Below are positions 46,041 through 55,464 of a stretch of DNA of 64,000 nucleotides, piece after piece. The notes beneath the pieces are model-generated. The model was given only the letters and a program-made list of their open reading frames with translations. It had not been told where the DNA came from and made no database searches. The position numbers were made by a program, and so were the translations under genes. Position 1 is the first letter of the stretch; every line of letters begins with the position of its first letter. Source of the DNA: an uncultured bacterium (lineage in GTDB: Bacteria; Patescibacteriota; Minisyncoccia; Phycocordibacterales; Phycocordibacteraceae); assembly GCA_937879955.1 (NCBI GenBank), contig CALFMK010000001.1, positions 506,356 to 570,355 of the forward strand. Reading direction: 5' to 3'.

Positions 46041-46353
46041 CTCATCCATTTCGAATACTGTTATGCGCCGCGTGCGCGCGATACATCTCCTGCGCGCCGT
46101 TTCGTCGATCGCGCTATCCGCCATGCTCCTCCTGCTCGCGCTCTATACCATAGGCAGGGAAGTGTGGGTGTCCAAGGTTGTCGAGAACGTGCTCGCGCTC
46201 GCGAACCCATCCTCGATGCTCGCGTACCTCGCGAGTGCGTTCCTCCATACGGACCTCCTCGTGCAGGTTGTCTCCGTCATCGCGGTCTTCGCTACGGTCT
46301 GGCTGGCACGGGAGCTCGCTCGAGCCATGGCGCCGTCTACGCACTTCGCGTAG
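46030..46353 (+). CDS. putative membrane anti-sigma factor
   Basis: 107 aa, start overlaps sigma stop by 11 nt, two TM segments; role by genomic context only. Confidence 0.45.
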   Translation: MNDSSSISNTVMRRVRAIHLLRAVSSIALSAMLLLLALYTIGREVWVSKVVENVLALANPSSMLAYLASAFLHTDLLVQVVSVIAVFATVWLARELARAMAPSTHFA

Positions 46354-46428
46354 TGGAAAAAGGCTCTTCGTGTGGTAAAAAGGGACGAGTGACCTCATAA
46401 GAGGCCGTGTTCCATTAGGAGAAGAACC

Positions 46429-46659
46429 ATGCCCTGGATTGGCGATGATGCAGTAAGCGGCAATACGTGCCTTTGCTGCGGTCGGACCAAAGAAGGCTGT
46501 GCCTGCATGAACCCTGGCACGCGTCGTTCGAAGGTCATCCCGACGGAGTTCGACGCACGAATCAGCGCTGAAGACTCGGCTCTCGACCGCTTCGCGAGGA
46601 TGTCGCTCGTGAACGGCGACCCCGACGCTACGGTCAGTCAACTGTGTCACCCGACCTGA
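46429..46659 (+). CDS. small Cys-rich protein (76 aa)
   Basis: GGAG SD; CLCCGRTKEGCAC cluster suggestive of a metal-binding knuckle; terminator hairpin 46665..46691. Confidence 0.4.
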   Translation: MPWIGDDAVSGNTCLCCGRTKEGCACMNPGTRRSKVIPTEFDARISAEDSALDRFARMSLVNGDPDATVSQLCHPT

Positions 46660-46714
46660 ACGACGAAGCCCGCATCGAAAGATGCGGGCTCGACTCTTTT
46701 AATAATGTCTGACT

Positions 46715-47779
46715 CTAGTCCTGCGCCAGCTTCTCGCGGATCTGCTTGAGGATCTCGTTCGCTACCGGCTTGTTCTCGCGGAGGAACGTGCGGGTCGCGT
46801 CGTAGCCGCGTCCGATGGACTGCTCCTTATACTTGTAGCTCGATCCCGACTTCTGGAGGATATCGTACTTCTCGCCGAGCGCGATGATCTCGCCTTCGCG
46901 GCTGATGCCCTCGTTGTAGAGGAGGTCGAACTCCGTGGTCTTGAACGGGGCAGCCACCTTGTTCTTCACGACCTTCACGCGCACGCGGCCTCCGACGATC
47001 TCCTCGCCCTTCTTGATCTGGGCGATACGGCGGATATCGAGACGGACGGACGTGTAGAACTTGAGGGCCTTTCCGCCGGTGGTGGTCTCAGGGTTGCCGA
47101 ACATCACGCCGATCTGCATGCGGATCTGGTTGATGAAGATGATGATGGTGTTCGACTTCGCGGTGATGGCGGTGAGCTTGCGGAGCGCCTGGGACATGAG
47201 GCGCGCCTGCTTACCCATCTGGGAGGAGCCCATGTCGCCCTCGATCTCGTCCTTCGGGGTCAGTGCCGCCACCGAGTCCACGACGATCACGTCGATGGAG
47301 TTCGCGCGGACCAGGGACTCGACGATCTCGAGCGCCTGCTCGCCGGTGTCCGGCTGGGAGATGAGGAGCTCAGGGAGCTTCACGCCGATCTTGCGGGCGT
47401 ACTCGGGGTCGAGCGCGTGCTCCGCGTCCACGAACGCGCAGATGCCGCCCTTCTTCTGGGCCTCCGCGATCACGTGGAGGGCAAGGGTGGTCTTTCCGGA
47501 CGATTCCGGGCCGAATATCTCGATGATGCGGCCGCGGGGGAGTCCGCCGATGCCGAGGGCCGCGTCGAGCCCGAGCGAGCCGGTCGGGATGGAATCGATG
47601 GATGCGACCTTGCCGCTGCCGTAGGTCATGATCGACTCGTCGCCGAACTTGGTCTGGATCTCCTTGATGGCGAGGTCGATAGCGCGCTGCTTCGCGTCGG
47701 CGGAGGATGCTCCTTCTACGGCTTCGGGCGCTGCTGAGGCCTTCACGGCCTTCTTTGCTGCTGGTTTCTTTGCGGGCAT
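46715..47779 (-). CDS. recA: recombinase RecA
   Basis: 354 aa; Walker [14 protein letters not shown]1/L2 loops, overall RecA pattern. Confidence 0.95.
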   Translation of the reverse strand: MPAKKPAAKKAVKASAAPEAVEGASSADAKQRAIDLAIKEIQTKFGDESIMTYGSGKVASIDSIPTGSLGLDAALGIGGLPRGRIIEIFGPESSGKTTLALHVIAEAQKKGGICAFVDAEHALDPEYARKIGVKLPELLISQPDTGEQALEIVESLVRANSIDVIVVDSVAALTPKDEIEGDMGSSQMGKQARLMSQALRKLTAITAKSNTIIIFINQIRMQIGVMFGNPETTTGGKALKFYTSVRLDIRRIAQIKKGEEIVGGRVRVKVVKNKVAAPFKTTEFDLLYNEGISREGEIIALGEKYDILQKSGSSYKYKEQSIGRGYDATRTFLRENKPVANEILKQIREKLAQD

Positions 47780-47786
47780 AGGATGA

Positions 47787-48113
47787 TTAGTTAACGAATA
47801 CGGAACGTCGCTCAGTTACTTCGCGCCCGAAGCGGTCTGTCGCGGTTAAGGATAGTATAGCGCCCCCTGAAGGAAGGGTGAGGGCGGTCGAGAAGCGACC
47901 CTGCTCGTCCATGAGGAGGGGCGCGCCGTTCAGCCACAGGGTTTCCGTGTGCTTCGCGGTGCCCTCGATGAGGGTGTAGCCGTTCGGAAGGAGCTGGAAG
48001 CCGTCCGGGGAGGCGATGGAGAGCGTCGGACCTGAGAGGATGGGGAGGGCGGCTACCACGCCGTAGGCGGCGAGCGCGAGGAGGAAGACGGCAGCTATTG
48101 TGCGGGTAGGCAT
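47787..48113 (-). CDS. hypothetical secreted/membrane-anchored protein
   Basis: 108 aa, N-terminal hydrophobic signal-like segment; sits between ftsK and recA on same strand. Confidence 0.5.
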   Translation of the reverse strand: MPTRTIAAVFLLALAAYGVVAALPILSGPTLSIASPDGFQLLPNGYTLIEGTAKHTETLWLNGAPLLMDEQGRFSTALTLPSGGAILSLTATDRFGREVTERRSVFVN

Positions 48114-48116
48114 AGG

Positions 48117-50297
48117 CTAGATATCGTCCTCGTCGTCGCTCCCGCCGCCTTCGCCTGCGCGTGAGAGCACCTCGCGCGGGCGGGAGCCGTCCGCGGGGCC
48201 GATGACACCCTTCTCCTCGAGGAGGTCCATGAGGCGGGCGGCACGGGAGTAGCCGATGCGGAGCTTGCGCTGGAGGTAGGAGGTGGACGCGCGTCCGGCC
48301 TCTTCTACGGCCTCGCGGGCCTGACCGTAGAGGTCATCGTCCACGTCGTCGTCCTCGCCGGCGAGCATGATGGCGTCGTTCGCCTCATGGACGCCCGTGC
48401 CACCGGTGCCACCGCCAAGGTCCAGGGAAGAGAGGGTGCCCGCATTGCGCTCCTTGATGAAGCTCACGACCTTCTTCACCTCCTGCTCGCTTATGTACGC
48501 CGTCTGGAGGCGGACCGGCTTCTGCATGTCAGCCGACTGATAGAGCATGTCGCCGGCTCCGAGGAGGAGCTCTGCGCCCGATGCGTCGAGGATGGTCCTG
48601 GAGTCGATCTGGCTCGCCACCTGGAGCGCGAGGCGGGTAGGGACGTTCGCCTTGATGAGGCCGGTGATGACGTTCACCGACGGGCGCTGGGTGGAGAGGA
48701 CCAGGTGGATGCCCACGGCGCGAGACATCTGGGCGAGGCGGACGATGGCGGCCTCGAGCTCTCTCGGGTAGGTCTGCATGATGTCGGCCAGCTCGTCGAT
48801 GACGATGACGATATACGGCATGGCCTCAGGGATCTCCTTCGCCTTGCGCTTCTTCGCGGGCTCGAGGACGGTCGAGTGGTAGGACTCGATGTCGCGGACT
48901 TGGCAGTCCTCGAGGATGCCGTAGCGGCGATCCATCTCCTTCGCGGCCCACTTGAGAGCGAAGATGGCCTTCTTCGGGTCGGTGATGACCGGGGTAAGGA
49001 GGTGCGGGATGCCGTTATAGAGGGTGAGCTCCACGCGCTTCGGGTCGATCATGATGAACCGGAGCTGGTTCGGCCCGTTCCTGAAGAGGAGGGAGGTGAT
49101 GACGGCGTGGATCGCTACGGACTTTCCGGAGCCGGTGGCGCCGGCGATGAGGCCGTGCGGCATCTTCGCCACGTTCACGTAGTGCGGAGTACCGGCAATG
49201 TCGCGGCCGACCGCTGCGAGGAGGGGCTTCTTCGAGGCGTTCCATTCTGGAGCGCCGATGACGCCGCCGAGGCCGACCATGGCCTTCGAGGCGTTCGGCA
49301 CCTCGATGCCCACGAGCGACTTGCCTGGGATCGGCGCCTCGATGCGGACCGGGTGCGCAGCAAGCGCGAGCTCGAGGTTCGTCTGGAGGCCGACGATCTT
49401 CTGGAGGCGGACGCCTTCGGCTGGCTTTATGGCGTAGCGGGTGACGGTAGGGCCGACGGATACCTCGTCCATCTCGACGGAGATGCCGAAGTTCTGGAAG
49501 GTGCGCTTGATGATGTTCGCGTTCGCCTTGATGTCGCCGACGCCCGGCTTGCCCTTATCCTCGCCGAGGAGCGAGAGAGGGGGAGCCTCGTACTCTGCGT
49601 CCACGTTCGGGATGGCTGCAGCGCTTGGCGCGACCGCGTCGTTGAACATGGTCACCACCGGTTCCTTCTCTACGTGCGCGCGTGCCGGAGCCGCGTCCTC
49701 TTCCTCAGCCTCCTCTTCTGCCTCGGGTCCCTCGTCCTCTTCTTCGTCCTTCTTGTTCGCCTTACGCTCCTTCTTCTCAGGGAGCGAGAGCTTCACGCTT
49801 GAGAGCTTCGCCGAAGCGGCGTCAGCCGCCTCCTTGAGTGCCTTGAGGATGGCGACCACGTCTGTGGCGATGATGAGGCCGATCGCGATTATCGCGAGGA
49901 GGATGATGATCGCGCCGGCGAGTCCGAAGGCCTGCGCTGCGGCATGCCCGAGGGATGCTCCTGCGGCGCCTCCGAGCGCGTCGGTCACGATGCCGAGGAA
50001 GGTGAGGGTGGCGATGATTATGAGCACGACGCCGGTCGCGGTGAGAGGGGCGATGAAGCTCTTCTCGAGCATGACCGAGAGGCCTACCGCTATAAGGAGT
50101 ACTGGGAGGAGGAAGGTGGCGACGCCGATGAGGCTGAACCCGAACCCGAAGATTGCGGTGCCCGCGAGGCCCGCGAGCCCGAGGCAGGCGAGCCCGAATA
50201 TGAGCCCAAAGGCGATGAGCACGATGCTCGTCGTTATCTTCGCGAGCGCCTTGTAATCGTTCTCTGCCTTGCTCTTCCTGCGGCGCTTTTTCATCAC
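48117..50297 (-). CDS. ftsK: DNA translocase FtsK/SpoIIIE
   Basis: 726 aa; N-terminal TM segment, acidic linker, motor domain Walker A GATGSGKSV, C-terminal gamma winged helix. Confidence 0.9.
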   Translation of the reverse strand: MMKKRRRKSKAENDYKALAKITTSIVLIAFGLIFGLACLGLAGLAGTAIFGFGFSLIGVATFLLPVLLIAVGLSVMLEKSFIAPLTATGVVLIIIATLTFLGIVTDALGGAAGASLGHAAAQAFGLAGAIIILLAIIAIGLIIATDVVAILKALKEAADAASAKLSSVKLSLPEKKERKANKKDEEEDEGPEAEEEAEEEDAAPARAHVEKEPVVTMFNDAVAPSAAAIPNVDAEYEAPPLSLLGEDKGKPGVGDIKANANIIKRTFQNFGISVEMDEVSVGPTVTRYAIKPAEGVRLQKIVGLQTNLELALAAHPVRIEAPIPGKSLVGIEVPNASKAMVGLGGVIGAPEWNASKKPLLAAVGRDIAGTPHYVNVAKMPHGLIAGATGSGKSVAIHAVITSLLFRNGPNQLRFIMIDPKRVELTLYNGIPHLLTPVITDPKKAIFALKWAAKEMDRRYGILEDCQVRDIESYHSTVLEPAKKRKAKEIPEAMPYIVIVIDELADIMQTYPRELEAAIVRLAQMSRAVGIHLVLSTQRPSVNVITGLIKANVPTRLALQVASQIDSRTILDASGAELLLGAGDMLYQSADMQKPVRLQTAYISEQEVKKVVSFIKERNAGTLSSLDLGGGTGGTGVHEANDAIMLAGEDDDVDDDLYGQAREAVEEAGRASTSYLQRKLRIGYSRAARLMDLLEEKGVIGPADGSRPREVLSRAGEGGGSDDEDDI

Positions 50298-50419
50298 CTC
50301 ATTCTAACATTCTGAATTGAGAAACGCCTGATTCTAGGCCGTCATTTACGTGTCCGTAAGGGACGGTTGCGGTCGCTGTCTTAGAGACATATACTGACCT
50401 TGACGGAATAAAGGACACT

Positions 50420-51256
50420 ATGAGCGATAAAGGACAGAACAAGGATTCCCACTCGCTAAAGGCATCTCGAAACAATGCCGATATTTCTGATTTTGTCCTA
50501 GATAAAGCTATATTCTCGAACGTATTTGAAAAGGACATACGTCGCGTCTATCTCTACAAGAAGGCCGAGCGGCTTGCGAAAGCGGTCCATCTCATCGGTC
50601 CGGCATTCATCTCCTCGGGTCCTCTGAAGGACCGTCTCGATCGCATCGCGATTGGTCTCGTTGACGCTGCGGTGCTCCCGCCGATGGCGTCCCGCGAAGC
50701 CCTCTCGCGCGAGCTCCTCGCGCTCTCGAGCATCCTCGGGATCGCCCGCACCGGCGGCATGCTCTCGGCCATGAATGCCGACCTGATCATCCGCGAAGCG
50801 CACGTGCTGCTCGCTGAGGCAGCGGGGTACGAGGAGCCGCGTCTCGCGCTCGAAGATATGCCTTCCTTGGCAGCGCTCGCGAAGTCTTCCTCCGCGCTCT
50901 CCTCCGGAACCGATACTCGCGAAGTCGCACGCCTCCGGTCGCTCGCGCGCGTCGAATACGATCCGTCGCTCGGCACCGAGGAGGTCGCGGATGGTATCGG
51001 ACATGATAAAGGACACGTAAAGGACACTGCACCTGTAGCGAAGAAGATGCCTGAGAAGGTGGTGGGGAACAGTAGCCGCCGCGACAGCATCCTCGCCGTG
51101 CTCGGCTCGAAGGGCCCTTCGTATATAAAGGATATCTCTCTCGTGATACGCGACGTGAGCGAGAAGACCATCCAGCGCGAGCTCGCCGGACTCGTGTCCG
51201 AAGGGAAGGTTATCCGGAAGGGAGACCGTCGCTGGACCACGTACGAGCTCGCGTAG
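50420..51256 (+). CDS. hypothetical protein with C-terminal winged-HTH-like domain (AT-rich 5' half)
   Basis: 278 aa; C-terminal RDSILAVLGSKGPSYIKDISLVIRDVSEKTIQRELAGLVSEGKVI resembles wHTH; first about 150 nt and upstream region about 42% GC. Confidence 0.55.
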   Translation: MSDKGQNKDSHSLKASRNNADISDFVLDKAIFSNVFEKDIRRVYLYKKAERLAKAVHLIGPAFISSGPLKDRLDRIAIGLVDAAVLPPMASREALSRELLALSSILGIARTGGMLSAMNADLIIREAHVLLAEAAGYEEPRLALEDMPSLAALAKSSSALSSGTDTREVARLRSLARVEYDPSLGTEEVADGIGHDKGHVKDTAPVAKKMPEKVVGNSSRRDSILAVLGSKGPSYIKDISLVIRDVSEKTIQRELAGLVSEGKVIRKGDRRWTTYELA

Positions 51257-51855
51257 GCTCGAGCAGGGACCTGAAGGGGAGGTGAAGCGGATACATTGAC
51301 GATTGGCCCTAATCGGCCTAGTATTCACCCCGTGGTACCCGCAAGGATCCAGTCGTAAGAAAAGGCCGGCAACGGCCTGTTTTGCGTTTGGTTCTGAGCG
51401 GGTTATCCACACGGTTTTTACCGGTTCGCGAAGCTGTATCTCTGTATACTAGGGATATCGCGCTAGGGTTCTCCTTAGCGCGAGATTCTGAAAAGGCTGG
51501 CGCGGTCCGCGGACGCAAGATACGTCCGGTGCGATCCTTGATAAAGGAATAGGGAATAGAAAGACCTGCGGCGTAAGAAGCCGTAGGCACGTCCGTCTTC
51601 ATGAATAGACGTACGGCTGAAACGACTGATTTTGATAGACCACGATTGGACGATAGAAGGACTGAACATTCGCCAGCTAGCCGATGGGACGCTCGTCGAT
51701 AAAGCGCCCTGTCGGGTAGTGTGAACCGTTCGAAAAAACTCACTCCCTTCCTCTCGGGGAGGGGAGGAGATTAAAAAGAGAGAAAAAGGTTCGTGTGCGA
51801 TGCGTACATTTATTAGTATCCGCATCGCATGCGCGCTTCCAATTAATTAGAACGC

Positions 51856-53844
51856 ATGACTACAACAAACAACACGATCGCAAAGTTTGCGGCTGTCGTT
51901 GCTATGCTCGGTCTCGTTGCTTCTTCGGCTTTCGCTTTTGCTCCAGCAGCAAAGGCAGCTGATTCTGCAACTGACCTCCAGGCACAGATCAACGCACTTC
52001 TCGCACAGATCGCAGCGCTCCAGGGTAACACCGGTACGACTGCAGCGGTCTCGTTCACGCAGGACCTCACCCTCGGCTCTTCCGGAGCTCAGGTTACGGC
52101 TCTTCAGAACTGGCTTATCAGCAAGGGCTTCACTATCGCAGCTGGCGCGACCGGATACTTCGGCGCACAGACGCAGGCAGCTCTCGCTAAGTACCAGGCT
52201 TCGGCAGGTATCACCCCAGCTTCCGGTTACTTCGGCCCGATCACTCGCGCTAAGGTAAACGCAGCTGCAGGCACCGGCACCGGAACTGGCACTGGCACGG
52301 GTACCGGCACCGGTACTTCGACTGGCGGCCTTTCTGGCGGCGAGGCAAACCTCACCGACTACGATCTCAAGCGCGAGGAGTCTTCCGGCGCTGAGGGAGA
52401 GCAGGAGGTACAGGTTGCTACGGCTGAGTTCGACGTAGAGGATGGCGACGTTCGCGTCGAGCGCCTCGAGGTCGAGTTCCAGGCTGCTTCCACGGCAAAC
52501 GGTGTTAGCACCAAGCCTTGGGACTTCATCGACAACGTATCTGTCTGGGCAGACGGCAAGAAGATCGACGACATGGATGTCGACGGTCGCGCTGACTGGG
52601 ACGAGAACAACGATGATTCCGACCACTCCGGTTCGACTGCTGACTACTACAGCCTTTCCTTCACGGGTCTGGACTACGTAGTTGAGGAGGGCGACACTGC
52701 AGAGATCACCATCGCAGTTGATGTTTCTGACAACATCGACAGCGACGACCTCGCACAGTCCTTCGTCGTTACCATCCCAACCGATGGTATCCGCGCTGTC
52801 GATGCAGAGGGTATCCAGCAGTACACCGGTAAGGTGTCTGATGCGATCACCTTCAGCTTCGACTCTGAGGAGAACGGCGACCTCTCGGTCCGCGAGAACA
52901 GCGACAACCCAGATGCAGCTAACCTCAAGGTTGAGGATGACAAGACTTCGGAGGAGTACTCCGTATTCAAGTTCGACATCCGCAACACTGACGATGCTGA
53001 CTCGCTCCTCACCGAGCTCAAGATTGGTACGACCATCTCTGGTTCCACGACGACTGACCGTGTCATCCGCAAGGCTACTCTCGTAGTAGACGGCGATGAG
53101 TACGATGCAGACATCGCTACGACCGACGATGGTAACCTCACCTTCGATGACCTCGATGTTGAGCTCGCTGGCGACAGCACCACTGAGTTCGAGCTCCTCG
53201 TTGAGTTCAACCGCCAGGCTGGCAACTTCGCTTCTGGCGACACTGTTGTCTTCTCTGTCGACCCAGCTGATATTGACGCTGAGGGCCTCGAGAGCGGTGA
53301 CGACGTTGCTGATATCAGCGGCGGTGCTGACTCTGAGACTCACACCCTCTCTCTCACCGGCTTCGCTGTTGAGGCAGTATCCACCAGCCAGTCTTCGGAC
53401 AACGCTGACACTGCTTCTGCATCGACTGGTACCTTCACGATCAAGTTCGACGTGACGGCTGATGAGGATGATGCTCTCTACATCGACAACGTTGCTGCTA
53501 ACGCTTCGACTACGGCTTCTACGACGGCTGGCGCAAGCTACCGCGTGTTCCGCAACGGTGCTGCTGCTTCCCTCGCATTCACGTCTGAGAACGCTGTTCT
53601 CACTTCGACGGCGAAGATGGAGGGTGGTGCATACCGTGTCGACGCTGGCGACACCGAGACCTTCACCCTCACGGTGACGATCGATCCAGCACAGTCCGGA
53701 CTCTTCGCAGTCGAGCTCGATGCTGTCAACTACGCAACGTCTGCAGCCCTCGCTACCTCCGGTAACGCGGCTGACAACCTGACGCTCGATGTTGATGGAA
53801 ACAACTCTGACTTCGAGACTGATCCAACTAACATCAACAACTAA
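51856..53844 (+). CDS. large secreted surface protein (peptidoglycan-binding domain + GT-repeat linker + acidic beta-rich region), S-layer-like candidate
   Basis: signal peptide; PG-binding-like repeat (LTLGSSGAQVTALQNWLISKGF...GYFGAQTQAALAKYQ); (GT)8 linker; D/E/T/S-rich 450 aa remainder; codon usage shifted to A/T-ending codons versus neighbours. Confidence 0.7.
   Translation: MTTTNNTIAKFAAVVAMLGLVASSAFAFAPAAKAADSATDLQAQINALLAQIAALQGNTGTTAAVSFTQDLTLGSSGAQVTALQNWLISKGFTIAAGATGYFGAQTQAALAKYQASAGITPASGYFGPITRAKVNAAAGTGTGTGTGTGTGTGTSTGGLSGGEANLTDYDLKREESSGAEGEQEVQVATAEFDVEDGDVRVERLEVEFQAASTANGVSTKPWDFIDNVSVWADGKKIDDMDVDGRADWDENNDDSDHSGSTADYYSLSFTGLDYVVEEGDTAEITIAVDVSDNIDSDDLAQSFVVTIPTDGIRAVDAEGIQQYTGKVSDAITFSFDSEENGDLSVRENSDNPDAANLKVEDDKTSEEYSVFKFDIRNTDDADSLLTELKIGTTISGSTTTDRVIRKATLVVDGDEYDADIATTDDGNLTFDDLDVELAGDSTTEFELLVEFNRQAGNFASGDTVVFSVDPADIDAEGLESGDDVADISGGADSETHTLSLTGFAVEAVSTSQSSDNADTASASTGTFTIKFDVTADEDDALYIDNVAANASTTASTTAGASYRVFRNGAAASLAFTSENAVLTSTAKMEGGAYRVDAGDTETFTLTVTIDPAQSGLFAVELDAVNYATSAALATSGNAADNLTLDVDGNNSDFETDPTNINN
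52270..52317 (+). repeat. hexanucleotide tandem repeat (GGYACN)8 encoding (Gly-Thr)8
   Basis: ggcaccggcaccggaactggcactggcacgggtaccggcaccggtact. Confidence 0.8.
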
Positions 53845-54018
53845 TAGTCATTCGAGATACGTCTCGATAGCTACTAGCTAGATGTTTGCAAAACCCCCGC
53901 GGTACGCCGCGGGGGTTTTGCTTTATCTCGCAGGGAAGGGAAGCCTTCTCCTGCGGAAACGGGACTTGGCCCTCATGTCCGAGTCTCGTTTCCGCAGCTG
54001 GCTTGATAGAATGGATGA

Positions 54019-54588
54019 ATGCTCACACCTAAGGCCGCGTATCGGCTCATCCTCGTTCAAGACCTTGCTTTCATCGTCTTGAGCATCGTCGTTGCGATAG
54101 CTCTGGTGAAGACCGGAGTACTCGAGAGTGTGCTCACAATGACGCGCGAGCTCGACTACCTTGGAAGCTTCCTCGCTGGACTCTTCTTCACGTCTATATT
54201 CACGACAGCGCCTGCCATCGTGACGCTCGGAGAGATCGCGCAGCTGAATGGCATCTGGACAACAGCATTGTTCGGTGCGCTCGGCGCCGTGGCGGGGGAC
54301 CTCGTCATCTTCCGCTTCATAAAGGATGGTCTCAGCGAGCATGTTGCCCAGTTGCGAAGCGCGCCTTCGCCGAAGGTGTGCCTCGAGCAGTGCCTGAAGA
54401 ACAGGCGCATGTTCCGCTGGATAACCTTCGTCGCAGGAGGTCTCGTCATAGCGTCGCCACTGCCGGACGAGCTCGGGGTGAGCATGCTCGGCATGTCGAA
54501 GATGCGGCTCGCGATGTTCGTCCCCATCTCGCTCGCGTTCAATTTCCTCGGGATCCTCGCGATCGGGCTCGTGGCATCCGCCCTCTAG
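54019..54588 (+). CDS. hypothetical integral membrane protein
   Basis: 189 aa, about 5 TM helices. Confidence 0.55.
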   Translation: MLTPKAAYRLILVQDLAFIVLSIVVAIALVKTGVLESVLTMTRELDYLGSFLAGLFFTSIFTTAPAIVTLGEIAQLNGIWTTALFGALGAVAGDLVIFRFIKDGLSEHVAQLRSAPSPKVCLEQCLKNRRMFRWITFVAGGLVIASPLPDELGVSMLGMSKMRLAMFVPISLAFNFLGILAIGLVASAL

Positions 54589-54715
54589 GGGTACGTGGTA
54601 TCCTCGGTAGACCTGTATGGAGTACTTCTACCATTTCCTCAAGTTCCTCGGCGTCTTCACCATAATCATCGCCCTGTCCCTCTTCAGCATGCAGTTCATG
54701 GGCGGGGCGGTCTAG

Positions 54716-54930
54716 GAACGTCCGTTGCAGGGAAGGCCCCGCTGCGGTACAGTGCCCGGGTACGGACCGAAGACAGCCAGCAGCCCTTTCGAGGGCATGA
54801 GCCTGGCCGAGGACTCAAAAGGGGAACGCCGTTATTCTATTGGCGCGAACCGGTCGAATGTCTCCTCACAACGGTCCCGATTAGGGACCGTTGTCCGTTT
54901 CCGTACGAAGCCTCACGGCAAAACACACAC
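54716..54930 (+). promoter_or_regulatory. rplJ 5' leader (candidate L10(L12)4 autoregulatory leader) with upstream TTGCAG-N17-TACAGT promoter
   Basis: 215-nt untranslated region upstream of rplJ containing promoter-like element 54725..54753; position equivalent to bacterial L10 leader. Confidence 0.4.
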
Positions 54931-55428
54931 ATGGCAATCACCAAAGCAAAGAAGCAGGAAGTGACGGAGAAGATCGCAGACGCCGTAAAGGATGCTGCAT
55001 CGATCGTCTTCGTGCATTTCAAGGGCCTCACGGTCGGAGACACGAGCGCGATGCGCAAGAGCCTCCGCGAGGGAGGCGTCGGCTACTACGTGGCCAAGAA
55101 GACGCTCATCCGCCGCGCGCTCGCTGACAAGGGATACGAGGGCACCATGCCTGAGCTCCCTGGCGAGATCGCGATCGCATGGAGCAAGGACGACGCGACC
55201 CAGGCTGCGCGCGACGTGTTCGAGCACGGCAAGAAGCACAAGGGAGCGCTCGCAATCATGGGCGGTATCTTCGAAGGGAAGTTCACGGATGCAGCCGGCA
55301 TGAACGCCGTCGCGCTCATCCCATCGGTACCGGTCCTCCGTGGCATGTTCGTCAACGTGATCAACAGCCCTATCCAGGGTCTCGTTATCGCGCTCGACAA
55401 GATCGCCGAGAAGAAGGCTGCTGCATAA
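54931..55428 (+). CDS. rplJ: 50S ribosomal protein L10
   Basis: 165 aa; MAITKAKKQEVTEKIADAVKDAASIVFVHFKGLTV typical of L10. Confidence 0.9.
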   Translation: MAITKAKKQEVTEKIADAVKDAASIVFVHFKGLTVGDTSAMRKSLREGGVGYYVAKKTLIRRALADKGYEGTMPELPGEIAIAWSKDDATQAARDVFEHGKKHKGALAIMGGIFEGKFTDAAGMNAVALIPSVPVLRGMFVNVINSPIQGLVIALDKIAEKKAAA

Positions 55429-55464
55429 GCAGACGATTAGTTACTCACACATAAACGATTACGT

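Noticed and set aside
51257-51855. RNase P RNA, tmRNA or SRP RNA in the long intergenic region
   Set aside because: Signature motifs (RNase P P4 GGAAAGUCCGGGCUCC, tmRNA tag-reading frame/3' tRNA-like end, SRP domain IV AGG...GGAAGCAGCC) not found by inspection; left as unassigned noncoding region.
51847-53343. 498-aa minus-strand ORF inside the surface-protein gene
   Set aside because: Antisense; the + strand frame has signal peptide, PG-binding repeat and a clean terminator.
54617-54715. 32-aa hydrophobic ORF MEYFYHFLKFLGVFTIIIALSLFSMQFMGGAV between membrane-protein gene and rplJ leader
   Set aside because: Too short and no SD; could equally be part of the rplJ promoter/leader region; not reported as a feature.
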